Positions 55,522-64,000 of a stretch of 64,000 nt of DNA are shown piece after piece; the stretch's first letter is position 1, and every line of letters begins with the position of its first letter. Location: contig NC_083278.1 of the NCBI RefSeq assembly GCF_963506605.1, forward strand, positions 51,460,001 through 51,524,000. Direction: 5' to 3'. The notes under the pieces are model-generated. The model saw only the letters and a list, made by a program, of their open reading frames with translations, was not told the DNA's origin and ran no database searches. This DNA comes from Zootoca vivipara (Eukaryota). Position numbers and translations under genes: made by a program.

Positions 55522-58098
55522 AACACATAAAGCATCCCCATTCACCTATACGCAGATGACATGTTTTTGCTTTTGGACAAGAACTGTCTTAAAATGATTG
55601 TTAAATTCTTGCATTGACTATCTGTCCAGAATGAAATTGTGTATGAACTTTGATAAAAGCAAAATAATGGTTTTTGGGAATTCACGTAAGAGCTACAGCT
55701 GGGTATTTGGTGGAAAACCCATTCAGCAGGTATTCAAATTCAACTACCTGGGAATTACATTCAATCCATCATAGGGTTCTATGGTCCTCACACTGTGCAA
55801 TGGTGGTGAATGCTAATAAGATGTTTATACAGGCTATAATGCGTTTCTTCATAACAAGAGGTAATTCACATATTCCCTCTGCCCTTAAGGTCTTCAATGC
55901 CAAAATTCTAGCTCAATTGCTTTATGGTTTTCCAGTCTGGCTGCTAGGGTTTACCCAGCTGGTTGAACGAGTGCAGGCAGCTTTCCTTTTTAAGATTTTT
56001 GCTGTCCCACAATGTGTACCCTACGCAGCCCTTTGTTTAGAGGGAGGTCAACACAAGGTAGTGACTGTTGCCTGGGTGAGATTTCTTCTATGCTGGCTAA
56101 ACATCTGCCTTACAACAGATAAAGATCCTCTCCTCACCGAAGTTTTGTTAGACCCCTTTCCTTCCCCAGGGCTACAACAGTAACATAAAGGTACAGGAAC
56201 TTGGGCTGCCAGTGGAACTTTTGCAATCAATGTCCCTACCATCTGCCAAGGCTATAATAAAAATATTGGTTGTGGGACGCCAGGAACTAACAGTAGCAGC
56301 AGAGAAAACATGTTCCCCTCTTCACTTTCAACTTTCTTGGGCACATGAAATTAACCACATTTATCTTAAGTTCTTGCTTAACCCCCAAGAAGGAAGGGCA
56401 TTTTCACTGGCCAGGTTCAACTTAAATCCATCAAACCTCCTTTGGGGAAGGTTCTTGGGCATGGTGGAAGGAGAAAGAATTTGCCCATGTGAAGACTACC
56501 TGGTGGAAACCCTTACACATAAGGTTCTTGAATGTAAACTATATGCTGATCTCTGCCAGCAATTTCTAGACCAACTCTGCATCCCCAAATGGAAGCCAGA
56601 CTTGGAGGTCATACATTTTCTATTACTGGGGAATGATGAGGAGCTCCCAAGTTAGTTGCTAAATATCTGGTTTTCTGTCATCGAAACACATTGCAGACGT
56701 CTGATCTCCCTGGAGACCTAGAGATGTGATGAGCAACTGCTTTGCCTCTTTTCTTTTGGCTAATGCTTTGTGCCACTGGGGAGGTGGTAATTCTATATCG
56801 ATTTGTTATGGATGTTTGTATGTGATGCCAATAAAAGGTTTGATGATGATGAGTATTACGTCTGCTCAGGTCCACTAGTAGAAAATGGGCTCAAATGTTG
56901 AGAGAGACCTGAGATTCACCAATGTATGTCTACTTGTACACACATGCCTGCACTGACTTACAAACCAATAACACCAACTTTAACTCCAAAATAACCCTTA
57001 TTTGTTTGCTGAGTGAACTACAGGGGGGAGAATGTGTGTCAAGCAATGGAAGGAATACCTGTATACTCTGGGTGCACTTGTCTCTTATCAAACTTTGCTG
57101 CCTTGAACTGGCAATCAGTATGAAGATGCAGCTTTTTTCCCCTTTGGGTTGGCAGGGGCTTAATTGTTAATTAATCATTGCCATTCAGTAGGAATCAAAT
57201 GCTTTCTTCATCTAAAATGGTTGTGAGGCAATTTTTATTGGAGTTCGAATACGTTCTCCTATCAAACTACTTTTTCAAATCCACTCAGGTCAAAGTTATG
57301 GCCCTCGGTTTATCACCATTGGGGTCAGATGAGTTCCTGTGAAATCAGACTTTGTCACTCTTCTTGCACAACCATACTCCAGGGGAGTAAGGTGAGGGAG
57401 CGACAAGCAGCCCTGTCCTCTGAAATAAAGCCAAATGTGTTCAATAAGACTTTCCCTCATAATAAACTTGTTTAGGAATGAAGCTTTCAAAGAGATTATT
57501 CAACTTTCTGCTTTATAGTTCAGTACCATAAAAATAAATATCTGTTCAGGGAATCAAAGTTCTCCACCAATGATTTGCAACACAGGGATTGCTAATTGCA
57601 CAAGCATTCTTCAGGGGTCAAAGGGGAGTAAATGACTAGCTGCATAAAACAAAATTTCTATTGTAATTCTTATGTTACTTTTTCTACATTTTGTGAAATT
57701 ATACTATATCACACAGCTATGCATATCCAGCAATTTGGTGTATCCCATCAAAGTGACTGAACTTCACCTGGAAACGATCAAGTATCCATATTGATTTTGT
57801 AGGACCATTACAAGGAAATTACTTCTTGCCTGTAGTACTTCTACTCAAAATGCTTCAAATATTCACAAACATCTGTTCCAACAATCACAGCTCTTGACCA
57901 ATTATATGCAACACGTGGATTGACAGATAATATAAAACATGCACACCCTGTTCTAGAGAAGGACCTAACTAAATAACTCTATTCAGAATATTGTTTGCTT
58001 GGTTCCAACACTGCTTTAGATGGATTGCAGCAAATCTCTCAAGATCTGGACAATTGGTACACACATGCAAGACAGAGGAAAAGCTTCTATAGATATTC

Positions 58099-58232
58099 TT
58101 AAGCTGGAAACAGACTCAGTTCACCATTGATGATCCAGCAGAACCTGAAGAGGAGCCTTTCCATCTGCTCCTGAAAAACACTGTCAAAGCTTTCATTTTT
58201 TGCAATGGCCATCATGTTTTCTCCAACAGTGC
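58099..58232 (-). pseudogene. Orphan degenerate SULT terminal exon
   Basis: cag|GC ACT GTT GGA GAA AAC ATG... translates (G)TVGENMMAIAKNESFDSVFQEQMERLLFRFCWIINGELSLFPA*, homologous to [26 protein letters not shown]...FCWD with a 6-nt in-frame deletion (DWK to E). No companion exons seen nearby. Confidence 0.8.
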
Positions 58233-59717
58233 CTGGCACAGTGCTGGTGAAATACATAGTTGTAACCCCAGATTGTCACAAAATGCCATCCCTGGTTGCT
58301 GCAGCAGAATCCGGCACCTTTATTGGAAGGTTTCAAGATCAACATGCACATTCTTTTAGTGTAATCTCTCCCAAACATGGGATTGTCATATGCCCTTTTT
58401 GAGAGCAAGAGCTCCTGGAACCCCTGGAATCCCACACTGCTCGAAGATTGGGGTGGCATGCAACAAGATGGACATAAGAAGTCTTTCTTGACAACAGATT
58501 GTGGGGGTAGGATGCAGAGGGCTTATTCACTGCTTTGCTGTCAACTCCAGCCCAGTCACCCAGAGATGGGCAGTGGGGTCAGGCTGGGACTAGTGATGAT
58601 GTGGGCTAAATTTTCCTAGACCTTCAGGACGTGGCAAAGTGCAGCTTTCGCCCTTCATATGCTTGGGCCCTGTTCCAAAGAATGCCTGGGCCCTAAGCTC
58701 TCTAAGGAGACAGGCAAGCAAACAGGCACCCCTTCAAGTGGGTTGGGTCTGCAAGGAGTGTTTGCACTGGCATTGGCACTTGTGTGCCCTTGGAGATGGC
58801 GGCAGTGTTGGCAATGGCTTAGCATTCAATTTACTCTAGTCCCCTCCCCTGAAGGAGAATGCTTCTTGCTGACTGGCGGTGTCTGGCTTGAGGTGTCCAA
58901 TGTTACAGGGCAGAACATTTCTCTACCAACCTGCTTGGTGCCTCTCTTTTTTCTAGACTACTGGCCTTCTCCCTGGGCTCAGACACTTCTTGGGGTCCTC
59001 ATTTCACCTCCTCCATCCTCCCAAATTTGTTTTAACCCTTTCTCTCTCTCCTCCATGATGCCAATGGAAATTCCTTCTTTACAATTCAACCCTTGAAGGA
59101 GATTGCTATGGGCATCAAGAATAAATACACTGTCCCGTTTTCCCACTTTTCCTCTCTGCATATTCCCCACGCACCCTCAAAATTGACGCCGCGGGGGTCA
59201 GGACAACCCCAAGAACAGTGCAGAGGGTAAGGAAGATGGGGGGGGGGGATAGTGCCATCTGACAGGCTGAAATCTTTGCCCTGATGGAACAATTGGAAGA
59301 GTGTAAAGTTGAATCCCACCCACAATAAATAAATAAATAAAGTCAGATGATTTACGTTGCCATCTGGAACACCACTAAAAACAATAATTTTTATTAATTT
59401 TCAATTACAATAATCCAATGGTAGCCTCATTATAACAGTGCCAAATTATAATACAATAACTAATCCCAATAGTTAGTTTGGGATTCCTTGACTTTTGCAC
59501 GTGGAGTCAGAAATTAGGACCTGCTGGAATGCAGAAACAGAAGAAGTAGACAAAACAAATGTAATTGTATTATGGCGGGTTTTTTTTTAAATTGTACATA
59601 TTTGAACATTAGGAAGCCATTAAACCACCTTTGAGTTTTTTTACGAAATCTTACAAATAGGCCTGGATTAGATGCTTACCATGCACATTATTTTTTACTT
59701 TCACACCCTCAGCAAAC

Positions 59718-63175
<3,458 letters not shown>

Positions 63176-64000
63176 TTAATTCATTCATTATCATGAATGT
63201 ACTTACGGTAGTACTTTACAGAGTGAAATAACTGAAAACAACATGTCTCTGCATTGAGGAGCTTACTGTCTGAATTGGAACACTGTTAGAGACTAGAAAT
63301 GAGGGAGAAGAAGGAAATCATGGGAAACACAGCAAGCAGAGGCAGATTTAGGGATCTGGCTGCAGGGGATGCCACCACTATGATGTAAAATAGAAGGTGA
63401 GAGGTGGGGGGGGACCAAATTTTGGTGTCACACAGACCACCACTGAAATAGGGGCAGCAATGGGGGAATTAGGAAGATTGACCAAGGCTTCCTTTCCATT
63501 GCAGACGAGAAATGAGACATTCAGCTAAAGGCTTCATAGAATTTGAGGTCTTGGGAAGACAGAACAAAATTTGCAAATAAGTTCCTTTAATTTTCACCAA
63601 GCTACCAAACGCTCTATTCCAGATTCTTTTCAACACATTATACAAATGATAGTCAAAGTCCAGGGAATGGAAAAAAAGATTGTCTGCTTCTGCAAAATAC
63701 TCCAAAGAAGAGTGAAGGAAGCTCTGGTGTGGAAGTGGAAGTTATTGCATGTGGGGCAGTACTGCACTGGATACGGCCCCCATGTTACTGTCCAGGTTGT
63801 GGCAGATAAATGCTGAAATAAAGAGTCATGGGATAAAAGCTTGTTAAGAATAGAATTTTACAAACACCATTTTACAACCACATACAAAATCCTGAACGTC
63901 AGTGAATACAATAAACCCTTAGGAAGCAAATTTGAATGTTTTTGATGTGTATTTATGTTGTTTTCAAAACAGGTTGACACCGGTGTTTGTTTAAAAAAAC

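Larger units (their letters stand above)
51070..56851 (+). mobile_element. Paralogous copy of the RTE-X-like LINE (pieces ~51070-51567 and 55522-56851), split by an ERV
   Basis: Near-identical to 37444-40030 at the same relative position; ~755-bp internal deletion at a CTGT microhomology (~51452). Confidence 0.82.

Overview
Vertebrate genomic DNA, from a squamate reptile and probably a lacertid lizard (Sauria SINE, BovB, squamate-type L2 and hAT MITEs). Left to right: (1) the 42-nt first coding exon of TRAPPC3L on the - strand at 2520-2561, with the rest of the gene off the left edge; (2) a complete 7-exon RWDD1 on the + strand (CDS 8324-15982, 240 aa) from a CpG-island promoter; (3) a tandem array of four cytosolic amine-sulfotransferase (SULT3A-like) paralogues on the - strand. 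Three have complete, intact 292-aa CDSs; the fourth lacks only its first coding exon, which lies beyond the right edge. There is also an orphan degenerate terminal SULT exon. The paralogous units act as empty-site controls for each other. They reveal a non-autonomous Helitron with GC-rich cargo, a one-LTR Copia-type insert with an intact TSD, an RTE-X-like LINE flanked by an ~250-bp duplication, a LINE>ERV>BovB nest, an apparent promoter replacement in SULT copy 1 and a gene-conversion tract over the SULT cap loop. Most ORFs in the supplied track are spurious or transposon-derived. All alignments were done by eye; no database search was run.
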